IMG/VR virus record: IMGVR_UViG_3300025078_000005
Coordinates: 1-43,417 of that record
DNA: 43,417 bases
Source: a virus
Lineage: Duplodnaviria; Caudoviricetes
Reading direction: 5' to 3' (one strand)
Shown here piece after piece: positions 1 through 8,965 of the stretch. A program made the translations under genes and the position numbers. The notes below the pieces were generated by a model, which searched no databases, was not told the DNA's origin, and saw only the letters and a list, made by a program, of their open reading frames with translations. Position 1 is the first letter of the stretch, and each line of letters starts with the position of its first letter.

Positions 1-1
1 G

Positions 2-235
2 TGGGAGCGGGGCTTCAATCTCGTATGGCACAACCCTCGCGCTACACCCGCAGAAGTGCTGGCTGAGCTTGGAACCGACGCTGCTGAGGCGTTTGAGTTG
101 AGCGCGGCTACCATTCAGTTCATGGCTACAATCCTTCCAGGCCGTCTGGACGATGAGTGGGCACGGATTCAAGCCAAGATCGCAGCCAAGCCAGCGACAA
201 CGAGCCACGAAGACGGCACGGTGACGATTGATTAA
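2..235 (+). CDS. partial CDS (3' end), probably virion/tail-associated hypothetical protein
   Basis: Frame open from the window edge: WERGFNLVWHNPRATPAEVLAELG...EDGTVTID*; not in the ORF track because it has no start. Confidence 0.7.
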   Translation, partial: WERGFNLVWHNPRATPAEVLAELGTDAAEAFELSAATIQFMATILPGRLDDEWARIQAKIAAKPATTSHEDGTVTID

Positions 236-304
236 CTCTCACCAAACCTACGAACCTACGAGCAGCTTGAAGCTGACGGATGGTTCGCAACTGAAGAACT
301 CTAA

Positions 305-520
305 ATGCAAATCGACCCAGAACTCTTCTGCCTCCTGTTCGGAGCCCTCCAGCTTATCGTGGTGGGCCTCGCCACATGGACCCTGACCACGGTCATCAAG
401 CAAGGGAACCGCATCACTAAGATGGAAACTATGATGGAGTCCTCACTCATCGCGGACATCAAAGACCTCAAGCAGCGAGTTCGCGATGTGGAAGTCCATT
501 GTAAGAGCGGATCAGCCTAA
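305..520 (+). CDS. small membrane protein, holin-like
   Basis: N-terminal hydrophobic helix (LFCLLFGALQLIVVGLATWTL) then a coiled-coil-like tail; late-module position. Confidence 0.55.
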   Translation: MQIDPELFCLLFGALQLIVVGLATWTLTTVIKQGNRITKMETMMESSLIADIKDLKQRVRDVEVHCKSGSA

Positions 521-524
521 TGTG

Positions 525-769
525 GTATCACTCCGATCAGGTCCGTATCACTTTTTCCTAACGTCTGATTCTTACGAATACTATACTGTTAAAGGGGAAA
601 ACAGGGTGCCGATCAATTGTATCACTTTTCTCAACCAAAAAAAAATAAAAAAAAAGTCAGCCAAAAATTGATACAATTGATCTATTCTTGCTACAAAGCC
701 TTTAAACCTCTATAGAAATAACGTATCAGTACTCTCAAAAAAGTGATACGGGACTGATCGGACTGATAC
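525..769. repeat. palindromic iteron-rich element, copy 1 (candidate replication origin)
   Basis: About 32-bp imperfect terminal inverted repeats; inner 14-bp inverted repeat GATCAATTGTATCA around an A-tract; multiple GTATCAC/GTGATAC; highly similar copy at 24811-25053. Confidence 0.85.
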
Positions 770-776
770 GAGACTT

Positions 777-1328
777 ATGAAATACGCCTATTACGCCTCT
801 GGATTTCGCGAGAAACGCGGGAACCGCACTGGAACAAAACTCAATGCCCGCATTGTACGGGACAGTCACCCCCTCGCCCGTGTGACCTACGTTGAGTGGA
901 ATGACGACCCGAAGGAATATGCTCGGGACCTTGCAGACATGTGGACGCATGGCGACACTGTCATCGCGCAAGGATACTCCTGGGGGGCGGGTAACTGGCT
1001 CCACAAGTTCCTCTGGGAGCTTTTCCGACTCAACCCCCTCATCAAGCTCGATCACGTCTTCTTCATAGACCCAGTGGTCCGCAGCAAGTGGCCATGGATG
1101 CGTTGGTTGGCTGTTACGGACCATGGGACCATCGATCTTCCTGATAACATTGTAAAATGGCATGGTGTTCGACAGGACCTGAATGAGCCTAATGCCTCAA
1201 ATCTACGGATTGGAGCGGTCGAGATACCGCGAACGAAACTGCTGCCTCTGCATTGCATACATTCGGAGATCGACAACCATAAGAATGTCCGTAATATCAC
1301 TTTAGAAATCGCGAATAAATACCTGTAA
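777..1328 (+). CDS. alpha/beta-hydrolase (esterase/lipase-like)
   Basis: GYSWG nucleophile elbow (GxSxG), FFIDPV strand-Asp motif, C-terminal H-S-E-I-D candidate catalytic His. Confidence 0.7.
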   Translation: MKYAYYASGFREKRGNRTGTKLNARIVRDSHPLARVTYVEWNDDPKEYARDLADMWTHGDTVIAQGYSWGAGNWLHKFLWELFRLNPLIKLDHVFFIDPVVRSKWPWMRWLAVTDHGTIDLPDNIVKWHGVRQDLNEPNASNLRIGAVEIPRTKLLPLHCIHSEIDNHKNVRNITLEIANKYL

Positions 1329-1330
1329 CC

Positions 1331-1948
1331 ATGGCCGAAGACCCTACATACGACATCCCTCTTGAGGCGGAGCAAATTAGCACCGCCCTTCAGCAGGTCC
1401 ATGCTGCCGACACTGTCCCTACAACAGACTCGGACAAGATGGTCCGTTCTGGAGCAGTGGCTCAGGCGATTGCTACAGAAACGAGTGCTCGTTCAGCAGC
1501 GGATACTGCATTGGACGGTAGGATCACTGCTCTGGAGGATGTTCCCCCGCCCTCAGCGGCCTATACTTTGGCATCGGGTAACCGCAACAGCACTGGTAAT
1601 TTAACGGGATATACAGCGGATGATCCTGATAATATAACCTCTGAGTCGTCAGGTGTAGTCACCATCACCTCATCGGGGACATATCTTGTCACTTTTTTTG
1701 GGGAATATAATGAGACTGACTATTCGTCTGATCGTTTCAAGGTGCAGTACCATATAGGGGGCAATACACGTGCCGAGATATTTGTAGATGAAACAAGGTT
1801 AGGAAGCACTGCAAAGTATCCTGCGCTCTCTTATGCGACACCTCTTAAAGTATCTGGAACAGAAACCCTTTCCATTTATGCAGCGGAACACCCGCAAACT
1901 ACATTAAATTATCGCCGAGTAGAGATCCGAATCCTTAAACTTTCCTAG
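1331..1948 (+). CDS. fibre/decoration protein with C1q/BclA-like beta-sandwich C-terminus
   Basis: N-terminal D-x-x-P-T-x-x-S-x-x-M-V-R-S-G motif, short coiled coil (LDGRITALE), GVVTITSSGTYLV C1q-like motif. Confidence 0.6.
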   Translation: MAEDPTYDIPLEAEQISTALQQVHAADTVPTTDSDKMVRSGAVAQAIATETSARSAADTALDGRITALEDVPPPSAAYTLASGNRNSTGNLTGYTADDPDNITSESSGVVTITSSGTYLVTFFGEYNETDYSSDRFKVQYHIGGNTRAEIFVDETRLGSTAKYPALSYATPLKVSGTETLSIYAAEHPQTTLNYRRVEIRILKLS

Positions 1949-1950
1949 AT

Positions 1951-2589
1951 ATGCCCGAAGAAAACTACAACCTCAACCTTGACGGGGATCAGATACAGAT
2001 AGCACTGGGCCAAGTGCACGGAGCCGACGACAAGCCTATTGCTACATCGCTCAATATGGTACGTTCTGGCGGGCTTTACACTCACCTAGCAGGGTTTCGG
2101 GCGAGCTCAGGGTACGGCGTTTACGCTGACTCCGAACATACTGAAAACGACGCTCAGGTCGTGGGTGACGCCCGCTCGCAACTGACCATTGATGGTCTAG
2201 GTTCCAGTAACTATACTGGGCAGCTCCCTTCAGGGGTCACGGATCTTTGGGACACCAGTTCTAACTATATCACTCCTGAGAACGTGGGTGATGGGTACAT
2301 GATCCGTATTGACTTCCGTTACAAATGTTCGTCGCAGAGCAGCTACTTCGATATTGAGCTGGATATTAGCCCCGCTGGGGACGGTTCCACTGTGATCCTT
2401 CTGGACACGATCCAATGTCTGAAGTCTGCCAATACTGAGGCAAGGTACTCACGAACGCATATGATATACTCTCTGGAGACCTTTGTGACCAACAAGGGTC
2501 GTCTGTTTGTTAATACAACGGATGCGGGACCCACTGTTTCAGTCTACAATAAGACGGTTGTGATCGGACGGTTCCATAAAGCTATCTAG
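1951..2589 (+). CDS. fibre/decoration protein, N-terminal paralog of 1331-1948
   Basis: First ~45 aa align with the upstream gene; beta-rich C-terminal domain. Confidence 0.55.
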   Translation: MPEENYNLNLDGDQIQIALGQVHGADDKPIATSLNMVRSGGLYTHLAGFRASSGYGVYADSEHTENDAQVVGDARSQLTIDGLGSSNYTGQLPSGVTDLWDTSSNYITPENVGDGYMIRIDFRYKCSSQSSYFDIELDISPAGDGSTVILLDTIQCLKSANTEARYSRTHMIYSLETFVTNKGRLFVNTTDAGPTVSVYNKTVVIGRFHKAI

Positions 2590-2891
2590 CGACGGCACCG
2601 TGGGCGCCTGTTCCCGTTCTTCACCAGCTTGCGCTTCTTGTAGCGGTGCTTGTTTTCGTTGATGTCGATGAAGGTGATGATATCCCCTGTCACTTTTGAG
2701 TAGATAACATGAAACAGCTCCTCCCCGATCCGTAGGGCCGCCATGATCCTATCGGGATTCGGCGTCGCTGACATGGAGACGACCTTGTTCAGTCGAACCA
2801 GCTCCTCCATGCCCTGTATCTGCTCTGTTTCAATGGTCCGTCCGAATCTTTTCAGGAACCGTTCCTTGGCGTGTTTGTATCTGTCGATCAT
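2586..2891 (-). CDS. hypothetical protein, possible RelE/BECR-like fold
   Basis: HAKERFLKR N-terminal motif and C-terminal HVIY...IITF strands. Confidence 0.55.
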   Translation of the reverse strand: MIDRYKHAKERFLKRFGRTIETEQIQGMEELVRLNKVVSMSATPNPDRIMAALRIGEELFHVIYSKVTGDIITFIDINENKHRYKKRKLVKNGNRRPRCRR

Positions 2892-2912
2892 TTTGTTCGT
2901 TCGTATGAGCAG

Positions 2913-3065
2913 TCACCACTTAGTGTGAGGGGTATCCGTCCGCTTTGATGAACCTGACGTCACCGATGGCTGCTCCTCCGCCCCATCGAAGATTGCGCGG
3001 TGTAGAGCAAAAAAAGAGAATATGCAAGCGAGTAGCATAATCAGGAATGCAGTAAACTTGCTCAT
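2913..3065 (-). CDS. small membrane protein (50 aa)
   Basis: MSKFTAFLIMLLACIFSFFALHRAIF...; ATGA-coupled to the upstream gene; below the ORF-track cutoff. Confidence 0.55.
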   Translation of the reverse strand: MSKFTAFLIMLLACIFSFFALHRAIFDGAEEQPSVTSGSSKRTDTPHTKW

Positions 3066-3445
3066 GACTTCACCTTTCCAGCAGCCTTGAGTTTGCAGCG
3101 TCGCGTATGGATCGACGGGGCCGTGCGTCCAAGGACGCGCATCATACTGTCGGTGCTGTCGTTCCAGTGGCTCAGGAGATACTGATCATCGTCAGCTGTC
3201 CAGTAGGCATATTTACGCGTGTCCTTCAGGTTCCGTGAGACCTTGGTGCTCTTAGGGATCATACTTCCCTTTTTCTTGGCCTTGCGGCCTTCCTCATTCT
3301 CCCAGAACTCAGGGTTCATGGTTACAGGTGCCTTCTTTACCACTGCTTCGGTCTTGTCCGAGAACTCGGAGTCGAGGACTACTAGGTCACGGACTAATAG
3401 CATGCGCGCTACAAGCCCTACGATTGATTGTCTTATTTTACTCAT
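3062..3445 (-). CDS. Myb/SANT-like HTH DNA-binding protein
   Basis: WTADDDQYL...LGRTAPSIHTRRCKLK; coupled to the helicase stop. Confidence 0.65.
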   Translation of the reverse strand: MSKIRQSIVGLVARMLLVRDLVVLDSEFSDKTEAVVKKAPVTMNPEFWENEEGRKAKKKGSMIPKSTKVSRNLKDTRKYAYWTADDDQYLLSHWNDSTDSMMRVLGRTAPSIHTRRCKLKAAGKVKS

Positions 3446-4854
3446 GCTTGAATAGCTTTCTGTAGGTCTGTGAGGACCATGTCTGCTAGGTCCTTCTTTT
3501 GGGTTAGTCGGTCAATGATCATCTGGTCCAGTGAATCAGGGACCACCAGATCAATGTAGGTGCATTCATTCTTCTGGCCGTGACGGTGGATACGGTCTTG
3601 CGACTGTAACCGTGCTTCCAGTGAATAGGTGTTGGCATAGTAGACCATGGTATGTGCTCGGTGAAGAGTTAAACCTTTTGCAGCAGCAGAAGTTCCAAGG
3701 AAGAAGTCAGCTTCTCCGTTTTGGAACTTCCGCACTGCATCCTGTCTATCCTGTGTGTTTGTTCCCCCGTGATATTCAACAACTGAAGAGTCGCCATATT
3801 CCTTGCGGAGCATGTCGGCTACTTGGTCGATGTTTCTACGGTAGGCACAGAAGATAACGAGGGGTTTTGTGGTCTCTGCAATCTGAGCGACAGCGGCTAG
3901 TCTGTTGTTTGGTATGTCGGTAGTTGTGCCACCGTCGTCGATTACAAACCCACAGAGGATTTGGTGTAGTTTTACTATTTTCGCTAATGCTATGGTCACT
4001 GATACTATGCTTCCATTGTCCAATTCCGAGAGGCACAAGTCCTTGACCTCGGAATATATTTTTCGCTGCTCTGCTGTCAGTTCGACAGCACGCTGCATAA
4101 AGGTTTTCTCTGGCAGGTCCATGCAGTCCTCTTTCAGGATTCTGGATGAGAAGGGCTTGATGTCTTCCTTTAACCGCTCAAGGTTCTGGTAGCCAATGAT
4201 CTGCTTGAACATTCTGTTCTGCATAGTCCTGATCTCTTCAATCGCGAACATGTTCTTGAACCCAGTCCATGTGGAGTATGGAAGACACCTTTTACTTAAA
4301 AACTGGCACTGGCTCCACAGGTCCAGTGGCCCCTGTGTGATGGGCGTACCGTTAAGAATCCAGCGACGCGTCGCCATCTTCCCAAGGATCATGGCCGCCT
4401 TGCTCTGCGCCGCCTTGTGGTTCTTGATACAGGTGGACTCGTCGATAATGAGCTCCGTATGTTCACGGCTCTTCATAAAGTCCACAGCATAGCCCAATCC
4501 TGACTTGTTACGAATCGCCTCAACGTTCATCAGCCAGATTTTCTTCTCGGCAGTGGACTCATTGAAGGCCAATAACTCACGTTTTGCCTTCTGTGTCGTC
4601 GGTTTTCCGCGCCAGCAGTAGATTACATAGTCATTACAGGGTAGATGCTTCTCAACTTCGATAGCATCCCAGTTCAGGTGAAGGCCATTAGGAGCAAGGA
4701 CCATGATCCCGTCGCATGGGCCGTTGCCCACAACATCGAGGATTGTCTTGGTCTTGCCGCTACCCATCTCCCAGAAGAGTGCACCGTATTCTTCCTGATG
4801 GAAGCGTTCGGCACCCTCGCGCTGGTGGGCCATTGGTTCTGTTTTATAGTCCAT
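3442..4854 (-). CDS. SNF2-family (SF2) helicase
   Basis: EMGSGKT, IIDEST, LNGTP, QSQDRIHRHGQ motifs; start placed at MDYKTEP (TAATG overlap). Confidence 0.93.
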   Translation of the reverse strand: MDYKTEPMAHQREGAERFHQEEYGALFWEMGSGKTKTILDVVGNGPCDGIMVLAPNGLHLNWDAIEVEKHLPCNDYVIYCWRGKPTTQKAKRELLAFNESTAEKKIWLMNVEAIRNKSGLGYAVDFMKSREHTELIIDESTCIKNHKAAQSKAAMILGKMATRRWILNGTPITQGPLDLWSQCQFLSKRCLPYSTWTGFKNMFAIEEIRTMQNRMFKQIIGYQNLERLKEDIKPFSSRILKEDCMDLPEKTFMQRAVELTAEQRKIYSEVKDLCLSELDNGSIVSVTIALAKIVKLHQILCGFVIDDGGTTTDIPNNRLAAVAQIAETTKPLVIFCAYRRNIDQVADMLRKEYGDSSVVEYHGGTNTQDRQDAVRKFQNGEADFFLGTSAAAKGLTLHRAHTMVYYANTYSLEARLQSQDRIHRHGQKNECTYIDLVVPDSLDQMIIDRLTQKKDLADMVLTDLQKAIQA

Positions 4855-5006
4855 TAGTGATCCAGGCATTGTGTTTCAGGTTTCGAGGTGAGCCCGCAGA
4901 CGGTGCGCACAGTCTCAATATTGGTCTGTGTGTCGTCGCCTCGCTTGGCTCCTTCTTCTTCAAGAGCATTGATCAGCTCTCTGATTGTCATGGTGTATCG
5001 GCTCAT
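4854..5006 (-). CDS. hypothetical protein (50 aa)
   Basis: MSRYTMTIRELINALEE...; overlaps neighbouring start/stop codons at both ends. Confidence 0.6.
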   Translation of the reverse strand: MSRYTMTIRELINALEEEGAKRGDDTQTNIETVRTVCGLTSKPETQCLDH

Positions 5007-5341
5007 AGTTCTGTCAGGTCTAAGTTGGCCCGTAGGCTTAATGCGTTTTCAATGTTTTCAACGAGGGCTAGTAAACTGGCTCTTGCATGTCCCTCGGATA
5101 AATCATGTATCTCGTATCTCATTATGTTCAGATGGGATCGAGCATCCCCATAGAACTTCTGGTCCAGTGTTGCTTTCATGGCTACGACTTCTTCTTCAAC
5201 CATGTTTCCTGTATACCCATGTGGGTAACAGAGCTGCATCACCCGAATCTCGGGCAGGGACATGGTTATCGTGCACCGTCCTGTTCTTTCCTGCATGCTC
5301 GTAGATACTTGGACTGTTGGTCTGTTGTCGTCGTGGCTCAT
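5003..5341 (-). CDS. hypothetical protein
   Basis: Fills the operon; ATGA overlaps on both sides. Confidence 0.65.
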   Translation of the reverse strand: MSHDDNRPTVQVSTSMQERTGRCTITMSLPEIRVMQLCYPHGYTGNMVEEEVVAMKATLDQKFYGDARSHLNIMRYEIHDLSEGHARASLLALVENIENALSLRANLDLTEL

Positions 5342-5517
5342 TCTTCCAGTCCTTTCTCTACAAAGTCTTTAAATCGATCTTCTCGGAAGTTCGCGTAGTT
5401 TCTGGCAAGGTGCTTGACGGCTACCTTAATGAGCACGTATTTCAAAGTGTTGGACTGCGCTGCCTTGCATATTTCAATGACCATTTCAGCAATAACTATA
5501 TAATCTTTTCGTGTCAT
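5338..5517 (-). CDS. small phage protein (59 aa)
   Basis: MTRKDYIVIAE...NYANFREDRFKDFV; resembles the common phage MTRKDY...NxxFxxxRF family; coupled on both sides. Confidence 0.7.
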   Translation of the reverse strand: MTRKDYIVIAEMVIEICKAAQSNTLKYVLIKVAVKHLARNYANFREDRFKDFVEKGLEE

Positions 5518-7028
5518 AGTTGGTAAAATCTCTCGGTTAATGGAGCGTGGAGAAACAGATTTTCTTTAGCGCGTGTGCAGCCAACGTAGAACACACGGTG
5601 CTCATCGTCGGGATTGTTTCTAAAGTTGGTTTCTGTGAAATAGGTCATGTCAGGCAGCAGCACAACATTGTCAGCTTCCGCCCCTTTGACCGCATGGATC
5701 GTTGTAATCTTGACTCGGCACTCTTCTTCCAATGCCCCGTTCTCGTCCATCTGGACAAGCGTGTCTCTTGTTCTATCTGGTAGCTGAAACATAACTTCCC
5801 ACGGTGCAGTGTCACGTAAGCCATACTGCCCCGTCAGTTCGTCTTTGTCCAGCCATTCTCCGTCGTCCACCGCATTCAGCATCTTCTTGCCTCCGCGCTT
5901 TACGCCAGAGCCTGACTTTAGGTAGCCATAGATTTCCTTGGCCATTGTCACAGGGATTGCGAAGCCTTTTCTCAACTCCTTCCATGACTTGATACATTCC
6001 AACAGGTCAGGCGATAGTATTGAATCAGCACTATCGGATTCAAACATGACGCCTGCTTTGAGCAGCTCTCCCTCTATCCACGGCAGGAATGAACGGTTCC
6101 TTGCAAGGAAGAACCATGTTCCCTCTGACATATCGAGCTGGTTGATTCCGAGAATCCGCTGCACGGTTCCTTCAGGCTTTTTCGATGTCACAGTGTAGTC
6201 CTGCTTTTTCTTTATACGGTCGGCTATCCCTTCCGCATACGTCAGCACTTCTTCGGGTAATCGGTATGAGGTGTCCAGAACATGTCTCTCCCCCTCCATG
6301 TCGATCAGTATCTCAGGTTGGCCGCCGTTGAACGCATAGATGGCTTGCTTATCATCCCCTGCAACCACGAAATCATTTACGTGCTTTGACATTTCGTTGA
6401 TGATGGCCCATTGGAGCCCTGAGAGGTCCTGCGCTTCGTCCACCAGCAAGGCATCGATGTTCAGCGGGTTACGTTTTACCACTGCCAGAAACTGCTCCAG
6501 CATGTCTGTGAAATCATACTTTCCCAGTGACTCGCGGTACTCTCGATACTTGTTTGAGAAGTCCTCGATCTGGTTGGCACTGAAGTGTGTCACCTCCTGC
6601 GTCGTAGCAATGTCTTCGGCGCTCACCTGTCGCCCGCGCATCAGCGCATCAAGCGACAGCATATGGTCGCCCAGCCCTGCTCGCTGGTTCGTGTTTCCGT
6701 CCTTCTTGCTGATAGCATTGGCTCCTGTAATAGGGTACCCACTATGCATACCGTAGCCGATCAGGTCCGATCTGCTGACCATTGGGGCATAGGGGATGCT
6801 ACGGTATGCAATTGAGTGCAGGGTTCGGAAGTATCGAAAGTTTTCTTCAGAGAGCGCAGGGAACTTCAGGCACGCTCGGTGCGCTAATTCCTGGGCTCCT
6901 GCATTGGTGAATGTGGTAAAGGCAATCTTCTCGGGCTTCGTGTGGGCGAGTAGCTTCTCAAGGATTTCAAGTAAGGCGGTGGTCTTACCTGTCCCTGCGG
7001 ACGCTACGTAGATGGTTGGGTTTGGCAT
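5514..7028 (-). CDS. UvrD/Rep-like SF1 helicase
   Basis: ASAGTGKTT, FTNAGA, FRTLHS, VDEAQD, GDDKQAIY, TIHAVKGAE, YVGCTRAK. Confidence 0.93.
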   Translation of the reverse strand: MPNPTIYVASAGTGKTTALLEILEKLLAHTKPEKIAFTTFTNAGAQELAHRACLKFPALSEENFRYFRTLHSIAYRSIPYAPMVSRSDLIGYGMHSGYPITGANAISKKDGNTNQRAGLGDHMLSLDALMRGRQVSAEDIATTQEVTHFSANQIEDFSNKYREYRESLGKYDFTDMLEQFLAVVKRNPLNIDALLVDEAQDLSGLQWAIINEMSKHVNDFVVAGDDKQAIYAFNGGQPEILIDMEGERHVLDTSYRLPEEVLTYAEGIADRIKKKQDYTVTSKKPEGTVQRILGINQLDMSEGTWFFLARNRSFLPWIEGELLKAGVMFESDSADSILSPDLLECIKSWKELRKGFAIPVTMAKEIYGYLKSGSGVKRGGKKMLNAVDDGEWLDKDELTGQYGLRDTAPWEVMFQLPDRTRDTLVQMDENGALEEECRVKITTIHAVKGAEADNVVLLPDMTYFTETNFRNNPDDEHRVFYVGCTRAKENLFLHAPLTERFYQL

Positions 7029-7279
7029 TATAGGTAAGCAAGAAGGTCGGTTTCTTGAATCTGTTCTCCTTCTTTAAGGTTCTTAATAAAGGCCCCTAGG
7101 GTGTATAAACTAGCCTTAATATCGCTCGGTTTGTGTTTATGGGCGTTTCGTAAAACATTGGCACAGACCAGCCATCCCTTGAGGCTAGAACCCATCTTGT
7201 TTATTTCTTTATTAGATATGACATCCCCTTCTTTTACATAGAATAGGAAAGGAACTTCTCGTATGGTTTCAGTTTTCAT
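7028..7279 (-). CDS. hypothetical protein
   Basis: TAATG overlaps with both neighbours. Confidence 0.65.
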   Translation of the reverse strand: MKTETIREVPFLFYVKEGDVISNKEINKMGSSLKGWLVCANVLRNAHKHKPSDIKASLYTLGAFIKNLKEGEQIQETDLLAYL

Positions 7280-8817
7280 TAGTAAGGCTGCTCCTCGGGA
7301 GAAGCAATAGCATCGGGATCGATGTGGGTGTTGAGTTGGTCTGCTGACACGCGCCAGCAGCGTTTGAGGGAGCTGTCTTTGCGAAGGTCCTCTTTCGTGG
7401 CCTTCAGCTCATTTTTGATAACTCCGAGAATTTCATTGGACTTGAGATCACGGAACTTGTGAAGCTCAAGGAATTGCTTGAAGGGGGTCATGCTAAAGAC
7501 CAGATCCCCGTCATCCGTGGCCCATGGTTGTCCTTTAAAGATGTCGTCACTAGCCTTTGATGCAGTTGTGCGGTATTCGCTCAGCAACTCGATCAGCTGG
7601 CCCTGTGGCGTCATCTCCTTGGGAATCCAGACACATGTAGCATTGGCCAGCAGAAGGTTCTGCATGTCTGCCCATTCGTCGGGCTTCATTGGCGGGTATT
7701 TCTTCCGCGTCATCTCCATGATCCTACGGTTGAACAGAGTGAAGTTATCGAACTCCTCTGTGCTTAGTTGTATTTCTACTCCTTCAATGGTGAGATACCA
7801 GATAGTGGGCGTCGTCATCAACTGGACCAATGATCGATTGTTCGGCAGGAAGTCGTTGCTCCCTATTCCATGGGGCTGCTGCTTGCATAGCTTGGCGTTA
7901 CAGTAGCGACAGATCGGGTCCTTGGGACAGGCGTACTTGTAGTCCTTCTTGATCGTGGACTTGTAGATGGCTGTCACTTCATTCGGCTTCAGGGGATCGC
8001 CGAACATGGCATTGTATTCGCTTAGCCGCTTCTCTGCATTGTCGGGATCTGCTTTCTTGAGATAGACCATCACCTGTGTCAGGGTTTGGTTTCTCATCTC
8101 TCCGAACTCCGCACGCTCACTGAAAATGTAGTTCAGGCATGGCGGTCCTCCTGGGAGGGGCGCGTCATCTGAAATCACTGGAACAGATAGCTCCTTGAGT
8201 CGGGCAGGCTCTACAACATGGCTCTCAGCGTATTCCAAGAATTCTTTTTGCTCAAGGATTGGTGCACCGTCTGGTCCATAGGCGTATCTCAAGGAGTCTT
8301 CGCCGTCGAAAGGCATATTGAGCCATGATCCATATTTATGATCGTCCTCTCGTTTCTCGGAGATTTTCGCTTGTTTTGGGAATATTTCTGACTTTCCCTG
8401 TCCGAAGTACGCGGCAAACTCGTTGAGCTTGTCCATCATCAGCTGAGCTGAAATCTCCTTCTTTACGAACAGGTAGACATGGGCACCCCCTGACTTTGAT
8501 CGACAGATCACGAAAGGCAGACTGTCCGCTGTTATCTTCCGTTGGAGATCCTCGATACTGAAGGACTCTCCGTAAATATCAATGTCGATGGCCCCCCATC
8601 GGACGGTGTTGTTCGGGCGGATCGGAACACAACCAATGGCCTTGGTGCCAGATAAGTGTGCCTGCCACACCTCTTCCGTGAGAGGCTTCTTTTCAAGGCG
8701 GCATCGGGCTTCTTGCTTTCCGTCTGTTTCACGGGTTCCTGCAAGTGCAGTTATCCCGTACATGTCGGGGTTAGAGCTGAACAGCTCCATGAATCTTTGG
8801 GCAATTGTTTTAGTCAT
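7279..8817 (-). CDS. AEP-superfamily primase with PriCT-like domain
   Basis: WGAIDID, RSKSGGAHVYLF, PPCL, RNQTL and a Cys cluster (C...C..C....C); start moved to MTKTIAQRF. Confidence 0.85.
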   Translation of the reverse strand: MTKTIAQRFMELFSSNPDMYGITALAGTRETDGKQEARCRLEKKPLTEEVWQAHLSGTKAIGCVPIRPNNTVRWGAIDIDIYGESFSIEDLQRKITADSLPFVICRSKSGGAHVYLFVKKEISAQLMMDKLNEFAAYFGQGKSEIFPKQAKISEKREDDHKYGSWLNMPFDGEDSLRYAYGPDGAPILEQKEFLEYAESHVVEPARLKELSVPVISDDAPLPGGPPCLNYIFSERAEFGEMRNQTLTQVMVYLKKADPDNAEKRLSEYNAMFGDPLKPNEVTAIYKSTIKKDYKYACPKDPICRYCNAKLCKQQPHGIGSNDFLPNNRSLVQLMTTPTIWYLTIEGVEIQLSTEEFDNFTLFNRRIMEMTRKKYPPMKPDEWADMQNLLLANATCVWIPKEMTPQGQLIELLSEYRTTASKASDDIFKGQPWATDDGDLVFSMTPFKQFLELHKFRDLKSNEILGVIKNELKATKEDLRKDSSLKRCWRVSADQLNTHIDPDAIASPEEQPY

Positions 8818-8965
8818 TGTTGGAAGTGAAAAGTGTCCCCGTCCACCCATAGTTACTGTGCTTAGGGGTTTTGGTGTTATTGGTCGGTGGAGCACCCCTG
8901 CTCCGTGAACCACTGAAAGTTGGGCATACGTTGTCCACGGTATGCCAGCGTGGGATCAATGAAGC

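Noticed and set aside
486-671. 61-aa ORF over repeat copy 1 (also 24530-24826)
   Set aside because: Reads through iterons and the A-tract; the element is better explained as non-coding
525-769. Classical IS/MITE or the phage's direct terminal repeats
   Set aside because: No target-site duplication and no transposase; both copies are internal, flanked by continuous gene modules, and diverged from each other. Kept as an origin candidate instead
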